From IMG/VR virus record IMGVR_UViG_3300044844_001006, positions 1 through 62,215 of that record: a stretch of 62,215 bases of DNA; one strand, given 5' to 3'. Below, one piece after another: positions 1-8,887 of the stretch. The translations under genes and the position numbers were made by a program. This stretch comes from a virus. Taxonomy: Duplodnaviria > Caudoviricetes. The notes under the pieces were generated by a model, which worked only from the letters and a program-made list of their open reading frames with translations, did not search any database and was not told the DNA's origin. The stretch's first letter is position 1; every line of letters begins with the position of its first letter.

Positions 1-1754
1 GCTAGGCCATTTTGGCCATTATCAAAGAAGCCAACACCCTTAACGGTCTTAGTGGCTGATACTGTGAATGTCCAGCCATAGCCATAGACAGCCGAACTAT
101 TCCAGGCTATGGTGCTACCACCAGCGAACGTGTAATCACTGCTATCGGGGACGCTTGTAATAACACCTGATCCACTGCCAGCAAACAACTCGTACACTAT
201 CCCGATCGTTCCGCTTGAGATTGATACACTGGTCAGTGATTGGGTTGATTCGGTCAGGCTGTACGGGGCTTGGAGCAGCCAGGTCAGAGAACGACTCACG
301 CTTTCCCGTTGTACGTTCTCGGCCACAGCTCCAACGGTGCTGCTCCTGGTTAGCTCTGCTGCGTACACATCCCCCTCGACCCCAGCCGTCCCGAAGCTGG
401 CCCAAACGTTGCCAGGTGCCATCGGGTCAAACCCGTTCGGGGCGTTGATCGTGTTCGCCAGGGCGGGGGTGCTGTTGGTCGTCGGGGTCACGGTGGGCAG
501 CCCGGTAGCAGCCACCATCATCGGGAACCAATCAGCACCGCTCGCCCCGGTCACCAGACCCGCGCCGCCGTCCAGCATTGCATCACAGCCCACGACAAGC
601 CCTTGAGAGTCCCAGGCAAAGGTCGTGCCGTTGGCGCGAAACCTGCCCACGGTGCCGGCCGCCTCCAGGTAGAGGGTGCCCATGGGTTCGCTTGGGAGGT
701 TGCGCAGCTCGGTGGTGATGCTCTTGCCGTTGGCCATCCCTGAGAGGATGTAGTGGATCGCCCTGCCGTATTCGTAGGCAGCAGTGGCGCTGGAGACGTA
801 GACGTACTTTAACCCCGTACCATTGTCGCCAGAATCCGTAGCGGGCCGCAGGTAGCTATCAGGGGCAAACTGCATATCGTATTTATCCGTGCTATTGGTT
901 CCACCGGAGCCAAACGACAAATCAGATAGCTGGCTTTTGTATGGGTCACCTATTGGATTGAAAAGATTCCAGCCGCCGTTAGTATTAAGGGTGTTTTGAG
1001 TATCCCTTAGCCTATCGTTTTGCTGGTCTAGCTTGCTGGGCTGAGCTGGGGCAGTGCCTCGCCCGATGTTGATTGTCTTCTCAACGCCGCTGCTCACCAA
1101 CGAACTCATGCGAGATACAAGGGTGTAGGTGCCGCTGATTCGATCGGCATCAGTTGCCCGCTTCAGGCCAGCCATGATGACCGATGCAATCGTCTTTCCG
1201 GCAGAGGTGGCTCCCCAGGCTTGATGAACAATGGTGGTTTGCTTTGTCAGGTCAACCGCCTTGTTTTCCTCTTTCTCTACAATGGTCTTACGGGTCAGTG
1301 TGTTGCCTACCCCTAAATCGATGTTTTTATAGTTCTCGATTGCCAAGCCACCAGCAAAAGCAATAGTTGGTTCGTACTCATATGTCGTTACCTCTCGTTC
1401 AATAGGGCCATCCTGGGTGATGATGTATTTGTTGAATGTTTCGGTTCGCTTGGTCAGCAACGAACCGGGAAAAGCGGGACTACCTGCTTCTAGTTTTGAC
1501 TTCCACCGGGTCGGGTTAGCAGCGCCTACACAGGTTGTGGTCGTGGAAATGGTATTGGCTACAACGTCCTGGGTTTGCCGTTTGCCATCCTTATCGATAT
1601 ACTCAATCGTCGTGTACTGTGTTACCACTTCCGACGTTGACGCAAAGCTCACCTGATCGGATCGTGTCTCAAAGGAATCTCCCACCTTCAAGCGGTACTC
1701 AACCGCGTACACTTCGGCAGGGCTGATTGTTTGTTGGTAGGTCCAGTTCTGCAT
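1..1754 (-). CDS. Large tail/baseplate-associated protein, running off the left edge (not in the ORF track)
   Basis: ATG at 1754 overlaps the upstream TGA. Hand translation is open to position 1 (MQNWTYQQTISPAEVYAVEYRL...YGWTFTVSATKTVKGVGFFDNGQNGLA). Lies downstream of the tape measure gene. Confidence 0.8.
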   Translation of the reverse strand, partial: MQNWTYQQTISPAEVYAVEYRLKVGDSFETRSDQVSFASTSEVVTQYTTIEYIDKDGKRQTQDVVANTISTTTTCVGAANPTRWKSKLEAGSPAFPGSLLTKRTETFNKYIITQDGPIEREVTTYEYEPTIAFAGGLAIENYKNIDLGVGNTLTRKTIVEKEENKAVDLTKQTTIVHQAWGATSAGKTIASVIMAGLKRATDADRISGTYTLVSRMSSLVSSGVEKTINIGRGTAPAQPSKLDQQNDRLRDTQNTLNTNGGWNLFNPIGDPYKSQLSDLSFGSGGTNSTDKYDMQFAPDSYLRPATDSGDNGTGLKYVYVSSATAAYEYGRAIHYILSGMANGKSITTELRNLPSEPMGTLYLEAAGTVGRFRANGTTFAWDSQGLVVGCDAMLDGGAGLVTGASGADWFPMMVAATGLPTVTPTTNSTPALANTINAPNGFDPMAPGNVWASFGTAGVEGDVYAAELTRSSTVGAVAENVQRESVSRSLTWLLQAPYSLTESTQSLTSVSISSGTIGIVYELFAGSGSGVITSVPDSSDYTFAGGSTIAWNSSAVYGYGWTFTVSATKTVKGVGFFDNGQNGL

Positions 1755-2542
1755 CAGCCAGTCCCCGTGTTCCAGGTGTACGCCTCTTCTCCCGGCGTTT
1801 TGGGTTTGTAGTTAGGTGAGGTTTCCACGGTGGGCCAGATCGACTGCCCGTAGCTGATCGTGATCTCTTCCGGTGGCGGGGGGTTGCCAATCGCCTCGAT
1901 GGTGAGTGTCTCGTTGATCGTCAGGAACGGGCCTTTGGTGGCAGGAGTCAGCACCTTGCGAAGCCGTAGCTTGTCGGTAGCATCGATGAAACCGTAGAGC
2001 CCTGCTTCCGCGATGATCCGGCTAGCGATTTCTAGGTAGCCATCCGATAGGTCAATGCTGGTCACCGCCTTGGCGAACGTGATCTCAGGGTTGCTGGTGG
2101 CCTGGGTGATCCCGCACCGGTCAAGGGCAACGGCCACCACGCTGCTCAGGAAGCAGATATTTGGCGTCGAGCCTGCTGCGACATCAACCGGTGTCCACGC
2201 TGGGTAGTCGGTGGCGTAGTAAATCTCGGGCTGCGCAAGGTCCCACTTCAGGGCCAGCAGGCAACCGACGGTCAGGGTGGTCTCGTTTTCGATCGGATCG
2301 CTATCTGCCTTGATCACCCGCAGGCGCCTAGGGAACCGCGTGAGCCTGCCGCCCGGTAGCCGCACCCCCAGCAGCAGCTCAGACCCCTTTGCGGGTTGGA
2401 TTAGGCCGCTGATCACCACCTCGCCTTGCGTGCGCAGGAGGCCCACCCCCGGCGCCAGCGGATCATCCGATAGCTGCCCGCTGATCACGGGGCCAAGGTT
2501 GCTGAATACCTGTGCGCGAACATCAACCGGTGCGACTGACAT
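1754..2542 (-). CDS. Putative tail hub/minor tail protein
   Basis: 262-aa ORF, translationally coupled within the operon after the tape measure gene. Confidence 0.6.
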   Translation of the reverse strand: MSVAPVDVRAQVFSNLGPVISGQLSDDPLAPGVGLLRTQGEVVISGLIQPAKGSELLLGVRLPGGRLTRFPRRLRVIKADSDPIENETTLTVGCLLALKWDLAQPEIYYATDYPAWTPVDVAAGSTPNICFLSSVVAVALDRCGITQATSNPEITFAKAVTSIDLSDGYLEIASRIIAEAGLYGFIDATDKLRLRKVLTPATKGPFLTINETLTIEAIGNPPPPEEITISYGQSIWPTVETSPNYKPKTPGEEAYTWNTGTG

Positions 2543-3312
2543 CAGGCAGCCCTCCGCTTGAGTTTCACGGTCACGATGTAGCGCTCCACCACCGCGCCAC
2601 CGCTGACGATCTGATCGCGCTCCAGGCCCAGCTCACCCACCGGCCAGAAGTCGGTAGCGCTAGGGCGGGCTGCGATCGTGGCCGTGAACCACGCCTTCAC
2701 CGCAGTCCAACCGGCGGAATTGGTGACCCCCCGAACGGTGCGCACCTCAGAGGCCACCAGGGGCCCCCGTGCCACGAATCCCCCGGTGGAGGTGGGCTCC
2801 AGGGTTGGGCCATCCTCAAAGGCCTCGGGCTGATCCAGTAGCGCCAGCGTGGTGGTGCCGAGGGTGATGGTGCCGTAGGCAGGCAGGAAGGCATCACCCC
2901 CTAGGCGGGCCTTCTCGTTCTGCCGTAGCAGCACCGCCAGCTGCTGCGCTGCATCGATCAGGGTGAACGACACCTTCACCCATGCCCCGCCTTGCACCGT
3001 CTCGCCAACCGGCGCCCCGGTGAACCAACACGCCAGGCTGGTGACACTGCGGCCATGGGCGGAGCAGGTCAGCGCCACGGTGGCCCCCACGGCACGGCTG
3101 GCAATGGTGGGCGACTCCTGAATCTTGGCCGCCTGCCACGCATCGAAGATCGTGCAGGTAGTCACCCACTGCGCCGGGGTGCAGAGGCCCGCCACGCTGA
3201 ACCGCCTTGCCGTCAGCCCCTGCTCCGTCTCCGCCTCGGCATACCCGATCGGCTGCGCCTGCAGGTATCGCAGTGTCAGGGTGGAGGCTCCGTAGACGAG
3301 CTGAATGCTCAT
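2542..3312 (-). CDS. Putative distal tail/minor tail protein
   Basis: 256-aa ORF directly after the tape measure gene. Confidence 0.6.
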   Translation of the reverse strand: MSIQLVYGASTLTLRYLQAQPIGYAEAETEQGLTARRFSVAGLCTPAQWVTTCTIFDAWQAAKIQESPTIASRAVGATVALTCSAHGRSVTSLACWFTGAPVGETVQGGAWVKVSFTLIDAAQQLAVLLRQNEKARLGGDAFLPAYGTITLGTTTLALLDQPEAFEDGPTLEPTSTGGFVARGPLVASEVRTVRGVTNSAGWTAVKAWFTATIAARPSATDFWPVGELGLERDQIVSGGAVVERYIVTVKLKRRAA

Positions 3313-3322
3313 CAGGGCACCC

Positions 3323-6300
3323 TCAGAACATCCGCGCTGTCGTCTTCGCCAGCTTCAGGCCGGAACCGTCCCCGCGCACCCCGACCGACACGTTCCACGC
3401 TTTGCGCCTCAGCTCGGCTACTTCTTGGCTCAGGTTTCCAACCGCGAGGGCCAGATGGGCTACTGCCGGATCGGACCCACCACGCAGTACGCCAGCACCG
3501 CCGCCGAGGGCCCCGGACTCCTTCAGGCGGCTGGTGATAGCAGCAGGGATCACCGTGCCCTTGGAGGGGGGCGTCCATAGGCTGTTGGCGGGCCGGTTGA
3601 TCAGGGACAGAGCGCCAGATGCTGACAGGAACGCCTCCTGCCCCAAGCTCATCCCGCTGGGGCCGTCGTTGATGCGGTACGTCTGGCCAGCATCCACAGG
3701 GCCACCCGTGAAGCGGGCAGGGGGGAGGCCGGCGGCAGAGGCGAGGGAGAGGTAGAACCTCTCAGCAGCGTTGGCCGCATTGCCCATGTTGGTGCTAAGC
3801 CCTGCCGCCTGGCCCTTAGCTGCAGCGGTGGCTTTGGATGCCACGCCCATGAAGTCCTTGATGTCGTTCGCAGCGGGCCCCACCCCCTTACCCAGAGCCT
3901 GTCCGATCTCGTAGTAGCCCTTGCCGGTATCCCGCACCCGGAGACCCACATCCCGCGCCAACTGGGCAAAGGCGCTCTGCTGGGCAAGCGGCACCTTCAG
4001 GCTGTCACCCACGCTCTTGAACTGGTCGGCGGTGCCTTTGGCAGCCTTGAAGGTGCCATCTGCGGCGAGCTGTAGGCCCTTTGCCTCGGCGGCAGCAAGG
4101 GCCCTATAGATCGCTTCCTCGTTGGTGGCATCAGCGATCCTGCCCTGTATGGGCTGGATTTGCTGAAGGATCCCCAGGTTTTCATTGGCAATCTGCCTGT
4201 CAATATCCTTGATTTCTAGGTTTGCCTTTGCCGAGGCTTCCGCTTCTTTGTTGCTTTCGTTGATTGCTTTTGTTACCTCAAGCTCTGCTTTTTTGTACTC
4301 TGCATTTGCTTTCCTTACCTCACTGTTTGCCTCTGTAAGTGCCTGTTGCTGCTTCAATGCCAGCAGATCTCTTTCTAGTCCCTGCTGTGCTACTAATCCT
4401 TGAAACTTGGCGCTCATGGCGGCAGCTTCTATCTCTTCACCTCGGCGCTTAATTTCATCCAGCTCTCGTTCGCTTGCCTTACGCTCTTGAGCATCTTTTA
4501 GCTCAAAGTCGTTGCGGCTTTTGATGATACCAAAGCGGGAATCCTCTAGGCTGATCAATGCCTGGCCAAGATTGATGCTGGCCTGCTGTACGGAAACAAG
4601 CGAGTCGCTCTGTGCTTTGCTGAGCTTGTCCTTTGCAGCGCTAAGGGAAATTGTATTATCAACCTCAATCAGTCCTAGCCTGTTTTGCTCTTTTTGAGTA
4701 TCAAGTAAATCCTGTGCAATCTTTTTGGTGTCTCCTTTGGCCTGATTAACTTTGCCAGTGTTTTCAACCTGCTTAGTTGTCTCAATGTTTAGTATCTTAT
4801 TGAGTTCTAGAGTCTCTACCAGTCTTTGCTGAAACTCTTGGCTTGCCTTTCTGGCACCATCGTTTCCCGTGGCTCCTGCGGCACCGGAAAAAACACTAGC
4901 CCAAACCAGCTTAAGACTTTGAGAGGCTTTATCTAGTAATCCGACTTTCTGGGTGAGGTCAACAACGGCATTAGCCGTGTTAGTAATAGGTGCAACATTT
5001 ACCTGTGCCGCTTTGTTTATGGTAGGTGCAACGTCTTTGTTGAACTTCGCCGACAGATCTATGAGCTTAGCGAGCTTATCGAGATACGAGGCGACTTCGG
5101 GTAGAGACTGACCAACCGTTGTAGCTAAGTTGCTAGTTGCATTTTGAATCTTTTTAATGCCGCCTTCTATTGTGCTGGTTGCCACTTCACTTGCCTTAGC
5201 TGCAGCACCGGCACTGCTAACTTGGTTATCAAGTAGTTGGTTGTACGATTTTAGTCCATCATTCAGCAATGGCTGTACGGCAGCCTGCGCTTCAACCGAC
5301 CCGAGCAAGATAGCCAGCTTGTCAGCCGCTCCTCCTCCCTTAGCCTGTACATCTGCAAGGAAACCACCAAAGCCACGGGCCTGTAGTCCCGCTAGGTCAA
5401 AGCTAATTCCCAGGCTCGCCGCTAGGTCTTTTGCCTGCTCGCTTGGCTTGAGGATCGAGCTAATCGCCTGACGGATCCCGGTAAATGATTGAGCTACCGG
5501 GACTCCTTTCAAGGTTGCTGTAGCAATGGCAGCATTCAACTCCGAGATCGGAATACCAGCGGCAGCAGCAACAGATGCCACCGTGCCGATCTGCTCGGCA
5601 TACTCCCGAACCGTGATAACACCGTCGGCTTGGGTTTGCACAAAGCCGTCTACGATGCTCGTAGCATCAGCCGTGGTTAGCCCGTATGCGTTGATAACTC
5701 CGGTAACGGCCTTAGTTACGTCGTTCAGCTCGGCGAAGCCACCTGATGCCCCCAGTGATGAAGCCCTAAGGATGTCCGTGATCTGTGCAGTAGTCGTAAA
5801 GCCGCTGGAAGCAACATCATAGGAGGCCTTTAATAGCTCAACTCGGCTTACATTGCTATCAAGCTCAATCGAAAGGTCGAACAGTTTATCCTTAAGATCA
5901 CTTGAGTTGATACCTAGCGTCCTTACTGCCGCTCCCGCTGAATCAAGCTCTGTAATTTGCTTGCCGACAAACTGAAGCGCTGAGCCAGCCGAGAGAACGG
6001 CCCCAGCCTGCAGGGCAAAGCCCTTAAGCTCTTGCCCTAATCCCTTGATGATGCCGCCGCCGCCACCTAACGCTTTGTCTACTTCCTTTTGTGTTTGCGC
6101 TATCTGCCTTTGAGCCGCAACGAACTCTTTTGATCCGATGGCGGCTTTGTTCAGGGTTTGATCTAGCTCACTAAGCCTGGTCTTGAGACCCCCCAGTGTA
6201 GTGACGCTTGAACCAACGCCCTTATCCAGCTCTTTTAGTTGCCCGCGCAGCCGCTCCAGCAGCTTGTCGTTGGCGGCAAAGCCCTGTTGAAACTCCTGCC

Positions 6301-6394
6301 CCGCCTGCTTCCCCGCCTGCCCGATCTGCCGCGAGGCATCGAGCACACCCTTTACATCGGCGGTGACTTTAACGACCCACTCGTTGCCTGCCAT
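3323..6394 (-). CDS. Tail tape measure protein (TP901-like core)
   Basis: 1023 aa, Ala/Gly/Gln-rich and helical, with core motifs such as ASYDVASSGF, EYAEQIGTVASVAAAAGI, ISSILKPSEQA and a C-terminal RFTGGPVDAGQTYRIN motif. Confidence 0.92.
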   Translation of the reverse strand: MAGNEWVVKVTADVKGVLDASRQIGQAGKQAGQEFQQGFAANDKLLERLRGQLKELDKGVGSSVTTLGGLKTRLSELDQTLNKAAIGSKEFVAAQRQIAQTQKEVDKALGGGGGIIKGLGQELKGFALQAGAVLSAGSALQFVGKQITELDSAGAAVRTLGINSSDLKDKLFDLSIELDSNVSRVELLKASYDVASSGFTTTAQITDILRASSLGASGGFAELNDVTKAVTGVINAYGLTTADATSIVDGFVQTQADGVITVREYAEQIGTVASVAAAAGIPISELNAAIATATLKGVPVAQSFTGIRQAISSILKPSEQAKDLAASLGISFDLAGLQARGFGGFLADVQAKGGGAADKLAILLGSVEAQAAVQPLLNDGLKSYNQLLDNQVSSAGAAAKASEVATSTIEGGIKKIQNATSNLATTVGQSLPEVASYLDKLAKLIDLSAKFNKDVAPTINKAAQVNVAPITNTANAVVDLTQKVGLLDKASQSLKLVWASVFSGAAGATGNDGARKASQEFQQRLVETLELNKILNIETTKQVENTGKVNQAKGDTKKIAQDLLDTQKEQNRLGLIEVDNTISLSAAKDKLSKAQSDSLVSVQQASINLGQALISLEDSRFGIIKSRNDFELKDAQERKASERELDEIKRRGEEIEAAAMSAKFQGLVAQQGLERDLLALKQQQALTEANSEVRKANAEYKKAELEVTKAINESNKEAEASAKANLEIKDIDRQIANENLGILQQIQPIQGRIADATNEEAIYRALAAAEAKGLQLAADGTFKAAKGTADQFKSVGDSLKVPLAQQSAFAQLARDVGLRVRDTGKGYYEIGQALGKGVGPAANDIKDFMGVASKATAAAKGQAAGLSTNMGNAANAAERFYLSLASAAGLPPARFTGGPVDAGQTYRINDGPSGMSLGQEAFLSASGALSLINRPANSLWTPPSKGTVIPAAITSRLKESGALGGGAGVLRGGSDPAVAHLALAVGNLSQEVAELRRKAWNVSVGVRGDGSGLKLAKTTARMF

Positions 6395-6395
6395 G

Positions 6396-7100
6396 TCAGC
6401 TCTCCGGTGTCACGACGTACTGGGTGGGGTTGGTCCAGCTGATGGCGTACTGATCCAGCACCCCGAGCCCCTGCCCCGGCGCATCACCGCCGATCGGCAC
6501 CGCACGGCACCCCGGCAAGAGGCTGATGATCCGCTGCGTCAACGCCTGCAGGGCCGTCAGATCAACTGCGGGTGAAGGCACCACCACACCAGCAGCCACG
6601 GCAGCCGAGGCGATGGTGCTGCCAGCTAGGGCATAGCTGAGGGTGAACGGTGCGGTCGTAGTCGCAGCGGTGACCGTGAAGGTGCCATTCAGGGCAGCGA
6701 AGGGGGCAGGGAGAGCGCTCACCGCTACCTGCTTGCCCACGCCGAAGCCATGGGCCGCCGCGAAGGTGAGCGTGGCCGTGCCTGATGCAAGGGCGGCATT
6801 GGTAATCGCCTGCGGGGCCACCTGCAGGGCAGACCACTCGCTCACGTACAGCCGGAACTGTGGGTTCAGACCCGTCTCCCCGGTAAGCATCGCCTCGGGG
6901 CTGTAGTCGGGGTTGTTGAGGATCACCACCTCCAGGCCAGCCACGGCCACCCCCTCGGGCAACTGCTCATTGCGGCGCACCACGGCGATGGCAGGGATTG
7001 CCGTACCGCCCCGTGGGGTGTAGCTGCCCAACGCGGGGGCCACTACGGCATCAGTCGCCAGCAGGTCGTACAGCTCCTGTGCAGTGGCGGGAAGGCTCAT
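6396..7100 (-). CDS. Putative tail terminator/completion protein with an inserted beta-rich domain
   Basis: 234 aa, immediately upstream of the tape measure gene. Its internal ATLTFAAAHG...NGTFTVTA domain is shared with 10601-11434 and 56864-57553. Confidence 0.55.
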   Translation of the reverse strand: MSLPATAQELYDLLATDAVVAPALGSYTPRGGTAIPAIAVVRRNEQLPEGVAVAGLEVVILNNPDYSPEAMLTGETGLNPQFRLYVSEWSALQVAPQAITNAALASGTATLTFAAAHGFGVGKQVAVSALPAPFAALNGTFTVTAATTTAPFTLSYALAGSTIASAAVAAGVVVPSPAVDLTALQALTQRIISLLPGCRAVPIGGDAPGQGLGVLDQYAISWTNPTQYVVTPES

Positions 7101-7149
7101 GCCTCAGCTTTCCCTGCAAGTGGGCCGATCTGGGAGCCGGGTGGCGTTG

Positions 7150-7190
7150 CGCTTCCCAAACGGCTTACAGATGGGGTAGTATTGAAAAGT
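7150..7190 (+). promoter_or_regulatory. Candidate promoter/operator for repeat-RAMP locus A
   Basis: TAGTAT -10-like hexamer just before the first repeat tract. It is preceded by an ACGGCTTA motif also found upstream of locus B. Confidence 0.45.
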
Positions 7191-7193
7191 CAG

Positions 7194-7525
7194 TGCATCG
7201 CCGCGCTCTGCCCCGCATCGCGACGCCGCGCCTCGCTCCGCATTGGGGCCCTTCGGGGCCCACAACTCACCACTGAGCCATTTGGCTTTCTGGTGGGCTG
7301 ACGCCTACCACGCCGCCACCCGGCGCATCGCTAAGCGAAGCCTCGCCTCGCGCAGCCTTGCAACGGCCCCGGCTTCGGCTGGGGCACAACCCATCACAGA
7401 GCTTCATGTTCTCTGGTGGGCTGATAGCTCACCACTCCGCATTGCTGCGCAGATCGCCGTGCAGCGCCGCTGCGCCTCGCCTAGCGAAGCCACGCAAACC
7501 GCAGGGGCCTTGTTATCAGGGCCCA
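7194..7525 (+). ncRNA. Array A-left: three units of (Y/A)GC-NN pentamer tracts separated by conserved hairpins (candidate guide RNAs)
   Basis: Tracts at 7194-7243 (10 pentamers), 7309-7363 (11) and 7433-7502 (14). Each is followed by a GC-rich hairpin, and units 2 and 3 are preceded by a hairpin ending CTGGTGGGCTGA. Confidence 0.8.
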
Positions 7526-7552
7526 CTCAACCATCCTAAGAGGATTCAATCA

Positions 7553-8182
7553 ATGGCATTTCGCCGCTTTGAGCTAACGCTTGAGGGCACACGCCCGCTC
7601 ATTTGCAGTAACCCCTGCACAGTTGATCCACTAGGCCCCCACGCCGAAGCGATCAAGTATTTCACCGGCCTCAAAAAGAACCGCAATGAACACGCCCTGA
7701 GGCGGCTGCATTGGTTGTTCTCCGGCTACTGGGGAACCGAAGGCACATTCACCTACGGGCCCAGCTTGGATGGTGATTCCAAGTTTAGTGGCTTTGCTGA
7801 GCCATTCCTGCCTGCTCAGAACCTGCAGCGTTGCATCCGCGATGGTGCCACGGCGTGGAAGCTGGGCAAGGACACCAAGCGGGCAATCGTTGTCGAGGGT
7901 GATGCACCGCTCGCTTACGACGGCCCCACCGATGCCGAGCTGATGTACGACGACCCGCGCTTTGCCTCAATCGCTCCCACAGGAAGGGGCACCATGGCAG
8001 TGCGGGTAAGGCTGCCCCAGTGGAGCGCTACCTACCGGCTCCTGGTGAATGACGAGATCATTGATCCCACCACGCTGGCAAAGATCCTAGATCGTGCTGG
8101 CATTGCCGAAGGCCTCGGCACCTGGCGCCCCATGCACGGTCGCTTTCAGGTAGTACAGCTCGAAGAGATTGAGGTGGCCTGA
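7553..8182 (+). CDS. RAMP/Cas7-like protein A (209 aa)
   Basis: N-terminal strand FELTLEGTRPLI, central FLPAQNLQRCIRDGA and C-terminal glycine-rich loop GIAEGLGTWRPMHGRFQV match RAMP-superfamily motif order. ATG 7553 follows an AAGAGG Shine-Dalgarno-like site. Confidence 0.72.
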   Translation: MAFRRFELTLEGTRPLICSNPCTVDPLGPHAEAIKYFTGLKKNRNEHALRRLHWLFSGYWGTEGTFTYGPSLDGDSKFSGFAEPFLPAQNLQRCIRDGATAWKLGKDTKRAIVVEGDAPLAYDGPTDAELMYDDPRFASIAPTGRGTMAVRVRLPQWSATYRLLVNDEIIDPTTLAKILDRAGIAEGLGTWRPMHGRFQVVQLEEIEVA

Positions 8183-8697
8183 TGAATGACCCCAAGATTG
8201 CCTCAATCGACGCTTACCACCTTTACAAGGGCCAGACCATTTCGGCCGATGTTGTGTGGGAGCACTTCGCAAATCGGCGACCCGACACCGTGGCCAGTTG
8301 GGTCATGGAGCACGGGGACGAGGCGCTGGCTAGGGCTGCTCGAATGCCTCAGGTTCTGCTTCAGGTTCGTGGCTGGCTTGACCGTGATCGCAGCAAAGCG
8401 GAGCTTCCGCCGCTGGTGATGAACACGGCAGGTGGCGGCATCAACGTGCTCACCGATGACAAGGCCTCAACCTACCTGAACGATCAGGCGTTCCAAGGGT
8501 TGCGCCGCCATCAGCGGGCATCCACTCGGCTTGTTGCCGCCGTAGATGAATCCAAGCTGACCGGTGCCGCACGTCGAGAGCATCAGAACCGGATCAACGT
8601 GCATAGCTTCATTGCTGCATCCGCTCAGGGCGCCCAGCGCCAGCTCAGGCTCCTGAGGCAGAACGGGAAGAAGGCACCGAAGCTGGAGGGGGGCTGA
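8182..8697 (+). CDS. Hypothetical protein, accessory gene of locus A
   Basis: 171 aa, TGATG-coupled to the RAMP-like gene and enclosed by the arrays. Confidence 0.8.
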   Translation: MNDPKIASIDAYHLYKGQTISADVVWEHFANRRPDTVASWVMEHGDEALARAARMPQVLLQVRGWLDRDRSKAELPPLVMNTAGGGINVLTDDKASTYLNDQAFQGLRRHQRASTRLVAAVDESKLTGAARREHQNRINVHSFIAASAQGAQRQLRLLRQNGKKAPKLEGG

Positions 8698-8855
8698 TGT
8701 GGGATCCAGCTGATTTGATCTTGCGACTTCTTGGCGGGGAGTCCCTTAGCCGCAGGCAAAAGGCGTGCATTCGGCAGCACTTGCAGCGTGTTGTCGGCCG
8801 TTTTTCACCCAGCGAATCCGCAGCAGCGGAAGCGCTGGGCCTGGCGGACATCTAA
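8697..8855 (+). CDS. Small hypothetical protein (52 aa, MWDPADLILRLLGGE...)
   Basis: TGATG-coupled to the previous gene and hand translated. Confidence 0.5.
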   Translation: MWDPADLILRLLGGESLSRRQKACIRQHLQRVVGRFSPSESAAAEALGLADI

Positions 8856-8887
8856 TGACCTGGGCATCCGCAAGGTGTAAGCCCTAG

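Noticed and set aside
7194-7243. Tract A1 (reverse complement) matching the VGERIL codons of the tail chaperone gene near 12760
   Set aside because: Only about 15 of 22 specified bases match, which is expected by chance. A1, A5 and A6 gave no motif I could recognise.
7243-7552. ORF 7243-7539 and the N-terminal extension of 7358-8182 (likewise 8805-9095 and 9132-9254)
   Set aside because: They run through repeat tracts and hairpins. Better starts are at 7553 and 9255.
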